Shown: positions 19,110 to 29,098, counted from the first letter of the stretch. The stretch is 64,000 nucleotides of DNA from an uncultured delta proteobacterium (GCA_963705165.1 CAVPJD010000016.1:1-64000), one strand, 5' to 3'. Notes: a model not told the origin generated them from the sequence alone. Numbers and translations are program-made.

Positions 19110-19910
19110 ATGATCCAGGGGCTCCCCGAACCGGTCCGCGCCATCCTTGACACCCTGAGAGATGTCACGGGCAGGGATGTGCAGTTTGTTCGCAAGCCGG
19201 ACCTGAAGTCCCTCGCCCGGATCCGGATGGCCGGCGGCGCCTTGGCCGCCCACGTGCTGTTCTACCGTGACGAACAGGACCCGCGCATCCATCACGTGAT
19301 TGCCAACGAGTGCGGCCATTTGATCCGTCTGTTCGTCGCCCCGCCGGGCAAGCGCCTCGTGGCCGTCGCCAACGAGCGGACCCAGACGAGCTACCGCGAA
19401 GCGATCCGGGAAGACATCCAGAGGCTCTCGCTCATCCACGGGCTCGACACGCTGAGGACCTTCATCCCGCTGTGGTATGAAAGTGTGGTCTTCCAGCTTA
19501 CGCGGATGCCCCCCGACATCATGATCGAGCGCTGGCTCTACGAAGAGTACCCTGACATGCGCGACATTCAACTCGCGGCCCTGCGGGAGCAGCATGAAAA
19601 AGCCGTTTCGGTCCTGTCCGGGAATATCCGCCGCATGACACCCGGGAAGATCTACGAGGTCTCCCAAATTATGAATTATGTTTTTTTCAGGCTCGCGGGA
19701 GAGCTTCTGGGAATCCGTCTCATCGACGCGTACGAGAAAAGCCGCTACATCCTGGAAGGGGAGGAACTGGCGATCTGGACGGCCGATCATTACAGCGAGG
19801 ACCACGAAGGGGATGTGTCCGTCATCGACACCTGGGCCCGGGCGCTTCAACTCTCGGAATGGTTCGAATGGCGGCGCTTCGACGAGATCTCCCAGGACCC
19901 GCTGCACTGA
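19110..19910 (+). CDS. Hypothetical protein with degenerate zincin-like motif
   Basis: Long ORF with host-like codon usage; HVIANECGHL resembles HExxH; start ATG 19110 or GTG 19095. Confidence 0.75.
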   Translation: MIQGLPEPVRAILDTLRDVTGRDVQFVRKPDLKSLARIRMAGGALAAHVLFYRDEQDPRIHHVIANECGHLIRLFVAPPGKRLVAVANERTQTSYREAIREDIQRLSLIHGLDTLRTFIPLWYESVVFQLTRMPPDIMIERWLYEEYPDMRDIQLAALREQHEKAVSVLSGNIRRMTPGKIYEVSQIMNYVFFRLAGELLGIRLIDAYEKSRYILEGEELAIWTADHYSEDHEGDVSVIDTWARALQLSEWFEWRRFDEISQDPLH

Positions 19911-19938
19911 GCCGCCATGACGGACGATCCGAAAAGTT

Positions 19939-21039
19939 CTACCCGAGCGGCCTGTACTCGATTCCGAAGGCCTCGGCGACAGCCCGGTACGTCACGTTGC
20001 CGCGGTGGACATTCACGCCCCTTGCGAGATCGGGATTCGATGCAAGCGCACCCGGCATCTCGAGAGAGGCCAGCTTGACCACATAGGGAAGGGTTGCATT
20101 GGACAGGGCGGCGGTGCTTGTCCTGGGGACGGCACCGGGCATGTTGGTGACCCCGTAGTGCAGGACGCCGTCGACGAAATAGATCGGGTCCGAGTGCTTC
20201 GTCGGGCGGATGGTCTCGACGCACCCTCCCTGGTCGACGGAGACGTCGATGACGACGCTCCCCTTCGCCATGCGGGCCACCATCCGGCGCGTGACCACAC
20301 GCGGCGTTCGTGCCCCCTTGACGAGGACGGCTCCGACGAGAAGATCGGCCTCGGCGACGGCCTCCTCGACGGCGAGGGGATCGGCGCTTCGGGTGATCAG
20401 CCGCTCATGGAGGACCTCTTCGAGATGGCGGAGCTTGTCTATGTTCATGTCCAGTACCGTGACCTCCGCCCCCATGCCAAGAGCGATCCTGGCGGCGCTC
20501 GACCCGACGATGCCGCCACCGATGATCGTCACCCGGGCGGGCTCCACCCCTGCGACCCCGCCGAGGAGCTTCCCCGATCCCCCGCGCGGCTTTTCCAGGT
20601 AGAACGCTCCTGTCTGGACGGCGAGGCGCCCCGCCACCTCGCTCATGGGCTTCAGCAGGGGGAGCTGGCCGTCTGCGAGCTCCACCGTCTCGTAGGCGAT
20701 TCCAGTCACCCCCCGTTTCAGCAGCTCGAGAGTCAATTCGCGTTCGGCGGCAAGGTGAAGGTAGGTGAAAAGGACAAGATCGGGCCGCAGGAAGCCATAC
20801 TCCGCGGGCAGCGGTTCCTTGACCTTGACGACCAGTTCTGCGCCCCATGCATCGGATGCAGACAGGACGATCAGTGCCCCGGCGTTGCGGTAATCGGAGT
20901 CGCTGAAACCGCTTCCCTCGCCGGCGCCCGTTTCCACGACGACCCGGTGGCCCGCTTCGACGAGCCGGCTCGCACCGCCCGGGGTCATGGACACCCGGTA
21001 CTCCTGATCCTTGATTTCCCTGGGAACCCCGACCGTCAT
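19939..21039 (-). CDS. ald: Alanine dehydrogenase
   Basis: GVPREIK..EYRV, FTYLHLAA, PMSEVAGR, GGGIVG, DQGGC, NMPGAVPRTST. Confidence 0.96.
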   Translation of the reverse strand: MTVGVPREIKDQEYRVSMTPGGASRLVEAGHRVVVETGAGEGSGFSDSDYRNAGALIVLSASDAWGAELVVKVKEPLPAEYGFLRPDLVLFTYLHLAAERELTLELLKRGVTGIAYETVELADGQLPLLKPMSEVAGRLAVQTGAFYLEKPRGGSGKLLGGVAGVEPARVTIIGGGIVGSSAARIALGMGAEVTVLDMNIDKLRHLEEVLHERLITRSADPLAVEEAVAEADLLVGAVLVKGARTPRVVTRRMVARMAKGSVVIDVSVDQGGCVETIRPTKHSDPIYFVDGVLHYGVTNMPGAVPRTSTAALSNATLPYVVKLASLEMPGALASNPDLARGVNVHRGNVTYRAVAEAFGIEYRPLG

Positions 21040-21168
21040 TGCTCAAACCCTCCTTGTCCCGGGACAGTTTGCGCTTGTCGTTTACACCTTCCAAGCCTAC
21101 TATAATGGGCCAAGGGAAAAAAAGAAAGCAGGGAGTCACGACCTCTTCCTGCAAAAAGGGAATTCGTC

Positions 21169-23856
21169 ATGGGATCCACCGAATGGTATCGCCAAACTGC
21201 TGAAGAGTCGCTCCAAGGACTCGGCACCACCCTGGAGGGTTTATCCGAAAAAGCAGCGGCCGATAGAATCGCGTCGTACGGGCCCAACCGCCTGCCCGAG
21301 GAAAAACGGGTCAGCCCTTTCATCATATTCCTGCGCCAATTTGCAAGCCCCCTCATCTACATCCTCCTCCTCGCGGCGGGGGTGACCTTTGCCTTGCAGG
21401 AATACAAGGACACGATTGTCATCGCCGTCGTCCTGGCATTCAATGCAATCATCGGATTCATTCAGGAGAGCCGGGCCGAGGAGAGCGTACGGGCCCTCAA
21501 TAGAATGATCGTGCCCCAGGCACGAATTGTGCGGGAAGGAAGGGAGAAGGAGATCAGCAGCGAACAGCTCGTGCCGGGCGACATCGTCCTTCTGGCCTCG
21601 GGCGCCAAGGTGCCGGCCGATATCCGTCTCATAAGCACGGTCGAGATGCGCGTCGACGAATCGCTTCTCACGGGGGAATCCGTCCCCGCGGAGAAGATGC
21701 ACGACGTCATCACGGAATCGAACCTGACGCCCGGCGACCAGCGAAACATCGCCTTCATGGGGACCGTCGTCGTGAACGGTCGTGGCGTGGGCGTCGTCGT
21801 GGAGACCGGCGAGAGGACGGAGCTGGGCGGCATCGCCCACGAGATCCGGGAAACCGAGTCGGCCCAGGCGCCGCTCCAGGAGAAATTTGGCCGCTTTTCA
21901 AACCGGATCGGCCAGTATGTCCTGGCGGCGGGCGTCGTCCTCTTCGCAATCGGGATCGCAATCGGGGAGCCTGTCAAGGAGATGTTCATGACCGTTGTGG
22001 CGGCCGCCGTGGCCGCCATCCCCGAAGGCCTGCCCGTGGTGCTCACCATCGCGCTGGCCGTTGGGGTCCAGCGTATGGCTGCGCGAAACGCGATCCTGCG
22101 GAAACTGCCTGCCGTCGAGACGCTGGGGAGCACAACGGTGATCTGCACCGACAAGACGGGGACCCTGACGAAAAACGAGATGACGGTGAAGATCGTCTAT
22201 GACGGCGCCCGGGCCTTCGAGTTGACGGGAACCGGGTACGACCCCGCGGGCGAGCTCCTCCACGCATGGATGCCGAAGTCCGAAAACGAGCGGGAACATC
22301 TCGCCATGTGCTTCCGGGTGGGGCTTCTGTGCAATGAGTCGAGCCTCTACGCGGACGAGGGGGCCTGGCGGGTCAACGGCGACCCGACTGAAGGAGCCCT
22401 GATCGTGTCCGCAATGAAGGCGGGCCTGGATTCCGAAGAGGAAAAACGGAAATACCCGCAGATCGCCATCATCCCCTTTGAGTCGGAACGAGGATACATG
22501 GCGACCCTTCACCGCTACGGAGACGAAAAGTATATCTTCATCAAGGGAGCGCCCGAAAAGATCCTGGAGCTTTGCGTCAACTGCATGGAAACGGACAGCC
22601 TGCGGACGGAGGAGATACTCAAGATATCGGACCGGTTTGCCTCCGACGGGATGCGCGTGCTGGCCATGGCCTACAAGAAAGCGCCCGAGGACCTGGCGCA
22701 ACTGCGGCACCAGGACGTGGAGAACGACCTCACCCTGGCCGGCATACAGGCCATGATCGACCCGCCCCGCGAGGAGGCGGTGGATGCCGTAAAGGGGTGC
22801 AGGCGGGCGGGCATTCGCGTCATCATGATCACTGGCGACCACCCGACGACGGCTTTGGCCATCGCGAAGATGGTCGGGATCGACACGGAAGGCGGCCGGG
22901 TGATCACGGGCCGGGAGATCGAGGAGATGACGGAGGAGGATCTCTTCACCCGCGTAAAAAAAGTTTCCGTCTACGCACGCGTGGCTCCCCACCACAAGCT
23001 GCGGATCGTGAGGCAGCTCATGGACCACGGGGAGATCGTGGCCGTCACGGGCGACGGCGTCAACGATGCGCCGGCCCTGAGAGCCGCACACCTCGGGGTT
23101 GCCATGGGTCGCAAAGGGACGGACGTTGCAAAGGAGGCCTCCGACATGGTCGTCACCGACGACAACTTCGCGGCCATCTTTCATGCCGTGAGGGAAGGCC
23201 GCATCGTTTTCGACAACATCCGCAAGGTCGTCTTTTTCCTGATCCCGACAGGTGTGGCCGCCATAGGCTCCATCATCGGCTGCCTCCTGCTGGGGATTCC
23301 CATTCCCTACACCGCGTCGCAGCTGCTCTGGATCAATCTGGTCACGAACGGCTTCCAGGTCATCGCGCTGACCTTCGAGCCGGGGGACCGCGAGGTGGTC
23401 AACCGGCCGCCCCTGGATCCCTCCGAGGGGATTATGTCGAGAGTGCTCGTGCAGCGTACCGTCATCGTGGGGCTTCTCATATCGGCGGGCGTTGTGATCA
23501 AGTTTGCGTACTCGCTCCAGGCCGGCATGTCGCTGGAAAAAGCACGGACCCTCGCGATGACCACCATGGTTTTTTTCCAGTTCTTCCAGGCCTGGAACAG
23601 CCGCTCGGAGACAAAGTCCATCTTCCAGATCGGGCTTTTCACCAACCCATATCTGGCATTCGGGCTTGCAGCCTCCGTGATGGCTCACCTGGCCGCGATC
23701 TACGCGCCGCCCTTCCAGTGGCTCCTGTCCACGGAGCCCGTCTCCGGAATGGAGTGGCTGCTGATCGTGGCGATGTCCCTTTCCGTCGTGGTCATCGTCG
23801 AGATCGACAAATGGATGCGTTCAAGCACGACACCGGTCCGACGAACAGAGAGGTGA
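21169..23856 (+). CDS. P-type cation-transporting ATPase (P2A, Ca2+-type)
   Basis: TGES, IPEGL, DKTGTLT, KGAPE, TGDGVNDAPAL, QLLWINLVT. Confidence 0.95.
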   Translation: MGSTEWYRQTAEESLQGLGTTLEGLSEKAAADRIASYGPNRLPEEKRVSPFIIFLRQFASPLIYILLLAAGVTFALQEYKDTIVIAVVLAFNAIIGFIQESRAEESVRALNRMIVPQARIVREGREKEISSEQLVPGDIVLLASGAKVPADIRLISTVEMRVDESLLTGESVPAEKMHDVITESNLTPGDQRNIAFMGTVVVNGRGVGVVVETGERTELGGIAHEIRETESAQAPLQEKFGRFSNRIGQYVLAAGVVLFAIGIAIGEPVKEMFMTVVAAAVAAIPEGLPVVLTIALAVGVQRMAARNAILRKLPAVETLGSTTVICTDKTGTLTKNEMTVKIVYDGARAFELTGTGYDPAGELLHAWMPKSENEREHLAMCFRVGLLCNESSLYADEGAWRVNGDPTEGALIVSAMKAGLDSEEEKRKYPQIAIIPFESERGYMATLHRYGDEKYIFIKGAPEKILELCVNCMETDSLRTEEILKISDRFASDGMRVLAMAYKKAPEDLAQLRHQDVENDLTLAGIQAMIDPPREEAVDAVKGCRRAGIRVIMITGDHPTTALAIAKMVGIDTEGGRVITGREIEEMTEEDLFTRVKKVSVYARVAPHHKLRIVRQLMDHGEIVAVTGDGVNDAPALRAAHLGVAMGRKGTDVAKEASDMVVTDDNFAAIFHAVREGRIVFDNIRKVVFFLIPTGVAAIGSIIGCLLLGIPIPYTASQLLWINLVTNGFQVIALTFEPGDREVVNRPPLDPSEGIMSRVLVQRTVIVGLLISAGVVIKFAYSLQAGMSLEKARTLAMTTMVFFQFFQAWNSRSETKSIFQIGLFTNPYLAFGLAASVMAHLAAIYAPPFQWLLSTEPVSGMEWLLIVAMSLSVVVIVEIDKWMRSSTTPVRRTER

Positions 23857-23865
23857 GGTTGCGCC

Positions 23866-24153
23866 ATGAAACGATGCCATGCCTGCGGAAAAGAGCTTCA
23901 GATCGAAAGGAAGGTGGGACGCTCCGAGATGTGTCCCCACTGCGGGGCGGATCTGCACGTCTGCCTGAACTGCCTGTTCTTCAGCCCCGCGGACTACAAC
24001 CAGTGCCGGGAACCCCAGGCCGAACGCGTTGTGGAGAAAAACAGGAGCAACTTCTGCGACTACTTCACCCTGGCCGACGGTGCGACCCGGGGGCGGGAGG
24101 CGTCGAAAAAAGATGACGCCCGCAGCCGTCTCGACGGACTGTTCAGAAAATAG
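23866..24153 (+). CDS. Small Cys-rich (zinc-ribbon) conserved hypothetical protein
   Basis: CHAC, CPHC..DLH.CLNC, CRE, NFCDYF; GAGG RBS. Confidence 0.8.
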   Translation: MKRCHACGKELQIERKVGRSEMCPHCGADLHVCLNCLFFSPADYNQCREPQAERVVEKNRSNFCDYFTLADGATRGREASKKDDARSRLDGLFRK

Positions 24154-24228
24154 CCGTCACGGCGCAAGCCCGATAAGGCCGGCTCAGTGAGGTACCCGAC
24201 GAGAACCTGCTCGACCCTTGATCTGCCC

Positions 24229-25866
24229 CTACGGGCGGAGCCCCTGATGACCGTGGTAAGACTCCTGGCGGATCATCGAAACGTTCCTCTCATCCAGATA
24301 GTCGTCGTATCCCGTCATCCGGTCGATGATCCCGTCGGGGGTGATCTCGACGATCCTGTCGGCAACCGTAGATACCAGTTGATAGTCATGGGAGCAGAAC
24401 AGAATCACTCCCGGAAAGGCGATCAGCCCATCGTTCAGGGCGATGATGGATTCCAGGTCCAGGTGGTTGGTCGGCTCGTCGAGAATGAGGGCGTTGGCGC
24501 CGGAGAGCATCATCCTGGAGAGCATGCATCGGACCCGCTCCCCGCCGGAGAGGACTGAGGCCTTCTTCAACGCCTCTTCACCGGAGAAGAGCATCTTCCC
24601 GAGAAACCCCCTGGCGAAGGTCTCCCCCTCGGTTTCGGGGCAGAACTGGCCGAGCCACTCGACGAGGCTCAGGTCGTTGTTGAAAAAACCGCTGTTTTCT
24701 TTGGGGAAATAGGAGTGGCTGATGGTGACCCCCCAGCGGAAGCTTCCGCTGTCCGGCTCCATTTCACCGGCGAGGATCTGGAAGAGGGTGGTCTTCGCCA
24801 GGCTGTCTTCCCCCACAAAGGCGATTTTGCCTCCCCGGTTGACGTTGAGGGTGATGTTGTTCAAGACGGCAACCCCGTCGATCTTCTTGGAGAGCCCGCT
24901 GATCTCCAGGATGACATCGCCGCAGGGCCGCTCGGGCTTGAAGGCGATGAACGGATATTTGCGGGACGAAACCGGCATGTCCTCGAGGGTCAGTTTCTCC
25001 AGGAGGTTTCTTCTGGAGGTGGCCTGCTTGGCCTTGGAGGCGTTGGCGCTGAAACGCTGGATAAACTGTTTGAGTTCCTCGGCCTTGGCGGCGATCCTCT
25101 TGTTGTCGTTCTGTTTCTGTTTCAGGTGGAGCTGGCTCGCCTGGTACCAGAAGTCGTAGTTTCCCGAATACACCTGGATGCGCCCGAAATCTATATCCGC
25201 AACGTGGGTGCAGACCTGGTTCAGGAAGTGGCGGTCGTGGGAGACGATGATGACCGTGTTCTGGAAACGGGAGAGGAATTCCTCGAGCCAGACGATGGAC
25301 TTGAGGTTCAACTGGTTGGTCGGTTCGTCCAGCAAAAGGACATCCGGGTTGCCGAAGAGTGCCTTGGCGAGCAGAACCCTGACCTTGTCGGCCCCGTCGA
25401 GTTCCTTCATCTTCTTTTGGCGCTGCTCCTCCGATATGCCAAGACCGCTCAAGAGCACCGCCGCCTCGGATTCCGCTTCATAGCCGTTGATTTCGCCGAA
25501 TTCAGACTCCAACTCCCCGCAACGGATACCGTCTGCCTCCGAGAATTCGGTCTTGGCGTAGATCGCTTCCCGTTCGGCCATCAATGCGTAGAGCTGTTCA
25601 TGGCCCATGATGACGGTGTTGAAGACCGTCTCCTCGTCATAGGCGAATTGATCCTGGCTCAGGACAGCTATCCTCTCCCCGGGACCGACGGAGACCGTGC
25701 CCTGGTCCGGCTCGATCTCATTTGCGAGAATCTTCAGGAAGGTCGATTTTCCGGAGCCGTTGGCGCCAATCAGTCCGTAGCAGTTTCCCGGGGTGAACTT
25801 GATGTTGACGTCTTTGAAGATCACCCTCTTGCCGTAGGAGAGGGCCACATTTGATGCGGTTATCAT
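24229..25866 (-). CDS. ABC-F family ATP-binding protein (YbiT-like)
   Basis: Two ABC domains (GANGSGKST; LSGGE), SKAKQATSR linker, no TM segments. Confidence 0.93.
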   Translation of the reverse strand: MITASNVALSYGKRVIFKDVNIKFTPGNCYGLIGANGSGKSTFLKILANEIEPDQGTVSVGPGERIAVLSQDQFAYDEETVFNTVIMGHEQLYALMAEREAIYAKTEFSEADGIRCGELESEFGEINGYEAESEAAVLLSGLGISEEQRQKKMKELDGADKVRVLLAKALFGNPDVLLLDEPTNQLNLKSIVWLEEFLSRFQNTVIIVSHDRHFLNQVCTHVADIDFGRIQVYSGNYDFWYQASQLHLKQKQNDNKRIAAKAEELKQFIQRFSANASKAKQATSRRNLLEKLTLEDMPVSSRKYPFIAFKPERPCGDVILEISGLSKKIDGVAVLNNITLNVNRGGKIAFVGEDSLAKTTLFQILAGEMEPDSGSFRWGVTISHSYFPKENSGFFNNDLSLVEWLGQFCPETEGETFARGFLGKMLFSGEEALKKASVLSGGERVRCMLSRMMLSGANALILDEPTNHLDLESIIALNDGLIAFPGVILFCSHDYQLVSTVADRIVEITPDGIIDRMTGYDDYLDERNVSMIRQESYHGHQGLRP

Positions 25867-25881
25867 GTCATCATCCCTTAC

Positions 25882-25915
25882 AAAAAAAGCTCCCCCTGCG
25901 ACGGGGGAGCTTTTT
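25882..25915. terminator. Intrinsic terminator after csp (bidirectional shape)
   Basis: A7-GCTCCCCC...GGGGGAGC-T5. Confidence 0.85.
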
Positions 25916-25937
25916 CATGCAAAATAAGGTTCAGGTC

Positions 25938-26138
25938 TTACAGCTTGCGAACGTTTGATGCAGCCGGACCCTTGGGGCCTGCAACCACTTCGAAGCTTAC
26001 GCGTTCACCTTCGGCCAGCGATTTGAAACCATCGGCCTGGATGGCGGAATGATGAACGAAAACGTCCTTGCCGCCGTCCTGCTCGATAAAGCCAAATCCC
26101 TTTGAATCATTGAACCACTTCACTTTTCCTTCAGGCAT
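25938..26138 (-). CDS. Cold-shock protein
   Basis: [18 protein letters not shown]...[18 protein letters not shown]. Confidence 0.96.
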   Translation of the reverse strand: MPEGKVKWFNDSKGFGFIEQDGGKDVFVHHSAIQADGFKSLAEGERVSFEVVAGPKGPAASNVRKL

Positions 26139-26356
26139 CGTAACTACTCCTTTTTTGTATGGGGCTCCTCCAGGGAACCGTATAATAATTTCGCCGAACG
26201 ATTCGGCTGGCAGACCTTTTTGAAACCAAAAAAAACGCACATTCCATAATTTCGGTCTGTGCGGTCGACTTCTCTGTAATTTGGCAACTACAAACAGGTA
26301 CTGCACATCAATTTTGGAATTAATATATGATCTTTCAAGCAAATGCAAGCATTTTT

Positions 26357-26893
26357 TTATGGCAGATTCAACTTTTTCATCTCCTCCGCGAAGACGTCGT
26401 AAGCGGGTTTGCCGAAGAGGACGAAGCGGACCCTTTCGATATCGGCATGCTCCTTCAGGTAGTCGATGGCCGTTTTCAGGGCGATGCGGGCGGCCTCGGA
26501 AACCGGGTAGCCATAGGCGCCCGTGCTGATGGCCGGGAAGGAGAGGCTCTTGAGCCCTTTCTTCGATGCAAGCTTCAGACTCTCAAGGTAGGCGCTCTTG
26601 AGAAGCTCCGACTCGTTTCGGCCCCCGCCGCTGTATATGGGCCCCACGGTATGGATGACGTATTTCGCTTTCAGGTTTCCGCCCGTCGTGATGACGGCCT
26701 GACCCGCGGGGCAATAGCCGATCTTCCTGCACTCTTCCATAATGGCAGGGCCGCCGGCCCTGTGGATCGCCCCGTCCACGCCCCCTCCGCCCTTCAAGCC
26801 CGAATTGGCCGCATTCACGATGGCATCGGTCTCTTCCCGGGTGATATCCCCTTCGACGATCGATAGTGTGGCATTGCCGATCTTGACGTCCAT
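26357..26893 (-). CDS. Macrodomain protein (O-acetyl-ADP-ribose deacetylase, YmdB-like)
   Basis: [38 protein letters not shown]. Confidence 0.94.
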   Translation of the reverse strand: MDVKIGNATLSIVEGDITREETDAIVNAANSGLKGGGGVDGAIHRAGGPAIMEECRKIGYCPAGQAVITTGGNLKAKYVIHTVGPIYSGGGRNESELLKSAYLESLKLASKKGLKSLSFPAISTGAYGYPVSEAARIALKTAIDYLKEHADIERVRFVLFGKPAYDVFAEEMKKLNLP

Positions 26894-26934
26894 CAGGGAA
26901 CCCTCCTGTCATTGAGGTGACCGCATGATCATCA

Positions 26935-27009
26935 AAGGTAACAGGTATCAGGTCACAGGTAACAGGTGAAGAGATATCCTGACACCCGTCACCTGTCACC
27001 TGTCACCTT
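26935..27009. repeat. Inverted pair of heptamer arrays (CAGGTNA)n ... (TCACCTG)n
   Basis: Right arm overlaps the last codons and stop of the permuted iPGM gene. Confidence 0.88.
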
Positions 27010-28575
27010 CACGGGGAATCCGTCCCCGTAAACAAGCATCCGGTAAGTCTTCCCGATGCGGTCCCAGTTCTCCTCGCGATCCATGGACCAGTAGCGGCCG
27101 ATGACGGAGACGACCCGGCCCAGATCCATCTCCCCGCACTTGACCTCGATTTGCTTCACATAGTTGGCCCCGCTCTCGGGCATCTCTCCGCGGCGCCCGA
27201 GCATGGCGTGGATGTACATCTCGCCGACACCTTCTTTTTTCGCCATGTCCATAAGGGCGATCAGGTGGTTCATCATGCCGTGAGAGCTGAAGAAGGACAC
27301 GATCCCCATGAGGTGCAGGGCCGACCCTCGTTTGCGGGCTTCGGCCATCGCGTTGCAAAACGCCTCGTTCGAGAAGAATTTCCCGCTTTCGATGGCCCGG
27401 TCGATTTTCAGCCGGTCGGACCAGACACGCCGCCCTGCGCCGATGTGGAGATGCCCCGCCTCGGAATTGCCGACGGTTCCTGCAGGGAGCCCCACCGATT
27501 CGCCGGCGGCGGCCAGCGATGCGAACGGGTACAAACTCCGCAGTCGGTCCATGGCCGGCGTGTTTGCCCGGGCGATGAGATTTCCCTTCGTCTCGGGGTT
27601 GTGGCCCCAGCCGTCGAGGATGAGGACAACGAGACGCCGGGTGGGCTTCGGCGGCTTGCTTTTCAGCAGCGAACGGCCCTCCATGCATGCCGGCGCGTCG
27701 ATCCCGAAGAGCTCGAGGATGGTGGGTGCTACGTCGGTCAGTTCGCCCTCTCTGCGGATGTCTAAAGGAGCACCGTCGGTCACAATGACAAACGGCACCG
27801 GGCTCGAGGTATGTCCCGTGTCGACGACGCCGTCGGGGTAGAGCCACTGCTCCACCGTACCGTGGTCGGCCGTGACGAGGACCGGGACCCCGGATTTACG
27901 AGCCTCGTCAAGGACGCGGCCCATCTCGAAGTCGACCGCCTCAACGGCACGGATCACGGCGGCTTCGTTTTCGATGTGGCCGACAACATCCACGTTGGCG
28001 AAGTTTGTCAGGATAAAATCGTGCCGGCCTTCCCGGATCTCGCGGATCGTGGTATCGGCCACTTCGCTCACGGACATCTCCGGGGCCTCATCGAAGAGCT
28101 TTACGTCCTTTCGCGTAGGCACGACGATGCGGTCCTCGCCGGGGAAGGGGTCCTTTCGCTTGCCGCTCAGGAAATAGGTCACGTGAAAGGCCTTTTCGGC
28201 TTCGGTGATCTTCACCTGGCGGATGCCGCGGCGGGAGAGGACCTCGCTCAGGGTGTCTTCCAGGTCCTCCTCGGGCGGGAAGGCGACTGCGGCCCGGAGG
28301 TCCTTCGAGTACTCGATCATGGTGGTGTAGTGAAGGCCGAGCGGACCTGCGTTGGGGAACTCGTGAAAATCGTCTTCGATGAGGCTTCGCGAGAGCTCCA
28401 CCTCGCGCTCTCCGCGGATATTGTAGAAGATCACCACGTCGCCCGGCTTGATCCGTCCGACGGGTTTCCCCGACGGGTCGACGAGCACCAGGGGGTTGAG
28501 CGTTTCGTCGTCCTCTCCGCGGCGGTAGGCATCTCGCACCGCCAGGGACATTGCATGGGGAAAGAGTGTTTTCAT
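26989..28575 (-). CDS. gpmI: 2,3-bisphosphoglycerate-independent phosphoglycerate mutase, circularly permuted
   Basis: iPGM motifs present but canonical N-terminal block (VLILDGWG, GNSEAGH) lies after the canonical C-terminal block (NFAN.D.VGH, TADHG, DVAPTIL); AAGGA RBS before ATG 28575. Confidence 0.9.
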   Translation of the reverse strand: MKTLFPHAMSLAVRDAYRRGEDDETLNPLVLVDPSGKPVGRIKPGDVVIFYNIRGEREVELSRSLIEDDFHEFPNAGPLGLHYTTMIEYSKDLRAAVAFPPEEDLEDTLSEVLSRRGIRQVKITEAEKAFHVTYFLSGKRKDPFPGEDRIVVPTRKDVKLFDEAPEMSVSEVADTTIREIREGRHDFILTNFANVDVVGHIENEAAVIRAVEAVDFEMGRVLDEARKSGVPVLVTADHGTVEQWLYPDGVVDTGHTSSPVPFVIVTDGAPLDIRREGELTDVAPTILELFGIDAPACMEGRSLLKSKPPKPTRRLVVLILDGWGHNPETKGNLIARANTPAMDRLRSLYPFASLAAAGESVGLPAGTVGNSEAGHLHIGAGRRVWSDRLKIDRAIESGKFFSNEAFCNAMAEARKRGSALHLMGIVSFFSSHGMMNHLIALMDMAKKEGVGEMYIHAMLGRRGEMPESGANYVKQIEVKCGEMDLGRVVSVIGRYWSMDREENWDRIGKTYRMLVYGDGFPVKVTGDR

Positions 28576-28759
28576 GGCATCCTTTCGTTTCCGAACGATA
28601 GCGGCAAGCGTCTGGCGAGGGGTCTCGAAAGGCCCATCTCTTCCGCGGTGCCGGCCCATCATACTGGAAAACAGGCTCGCGGTCAAAGGGACCTTTTCGG
28701 TTGCAAAGGGGGAGTCGAAGTGATAAAAATCACTCGAAAAAGCGGGATTTGCGCGCGGT

Positions 28760-29092
28760 ATGAGGAAGTCGGCCTGGGAGAAAACCCAGGAAGAATTATT
28801 GAAGGAACGGGCCGAGGTGCTCGGCAGGGCGGGCGAGGCGCTCTCTTTGGCGCTTTCCGATCTCGAGACAATAGGACGTTCCATCACCGAGAGGTTCCGT
28901 GAGGCCGGTGAATACCCGGGACCGGAGATTCTGACGGAGATCAACGGGGAGATCCGGCACTACAACAGTGCCCGCGAATACGCGCAGCTTCGTTACTTTT
29001 ACCTCATCGTCACCAGGGAGGCCATGGGGATCCGTCGCCACAAGACGGTCGAAGAAGCCTACAAAATCCCTCCCAAGAAGAAGTATCTATAA
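28760..29092 (+). CDS. Hypothetical helical protein
   Basis: 110 aa ORF 6 nt upstream of pcm; no family recognised. Confidence 0.7.
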   Translation: MRKSAWEKTQEELLKERAEVLGRAGEALSLALSDLETIGRSITERFREAGEYPGPEILTEINGEIRHYNSAREYAQLRYFYLIVTREAMGIRRHKTVEEAYKIPPKKKYL

Positions 29093-29098
29093 TCCCCC

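Noticed and set aside
26357..26893. Macrodomain, radC or PIN genes as an anti-phage or toxin-antitoxin system
   Set aside because: They are dispersed housekeeping-type members with no partner toxin, sirtuin or defence genes adjacent.
28576..28944. 123-aa N-terminal extension of the permuted iPGM in the ORF track
   Set aside because: Overlaps the divergent 28760 gene; good RBS at ATG 28575 and homology starts there.
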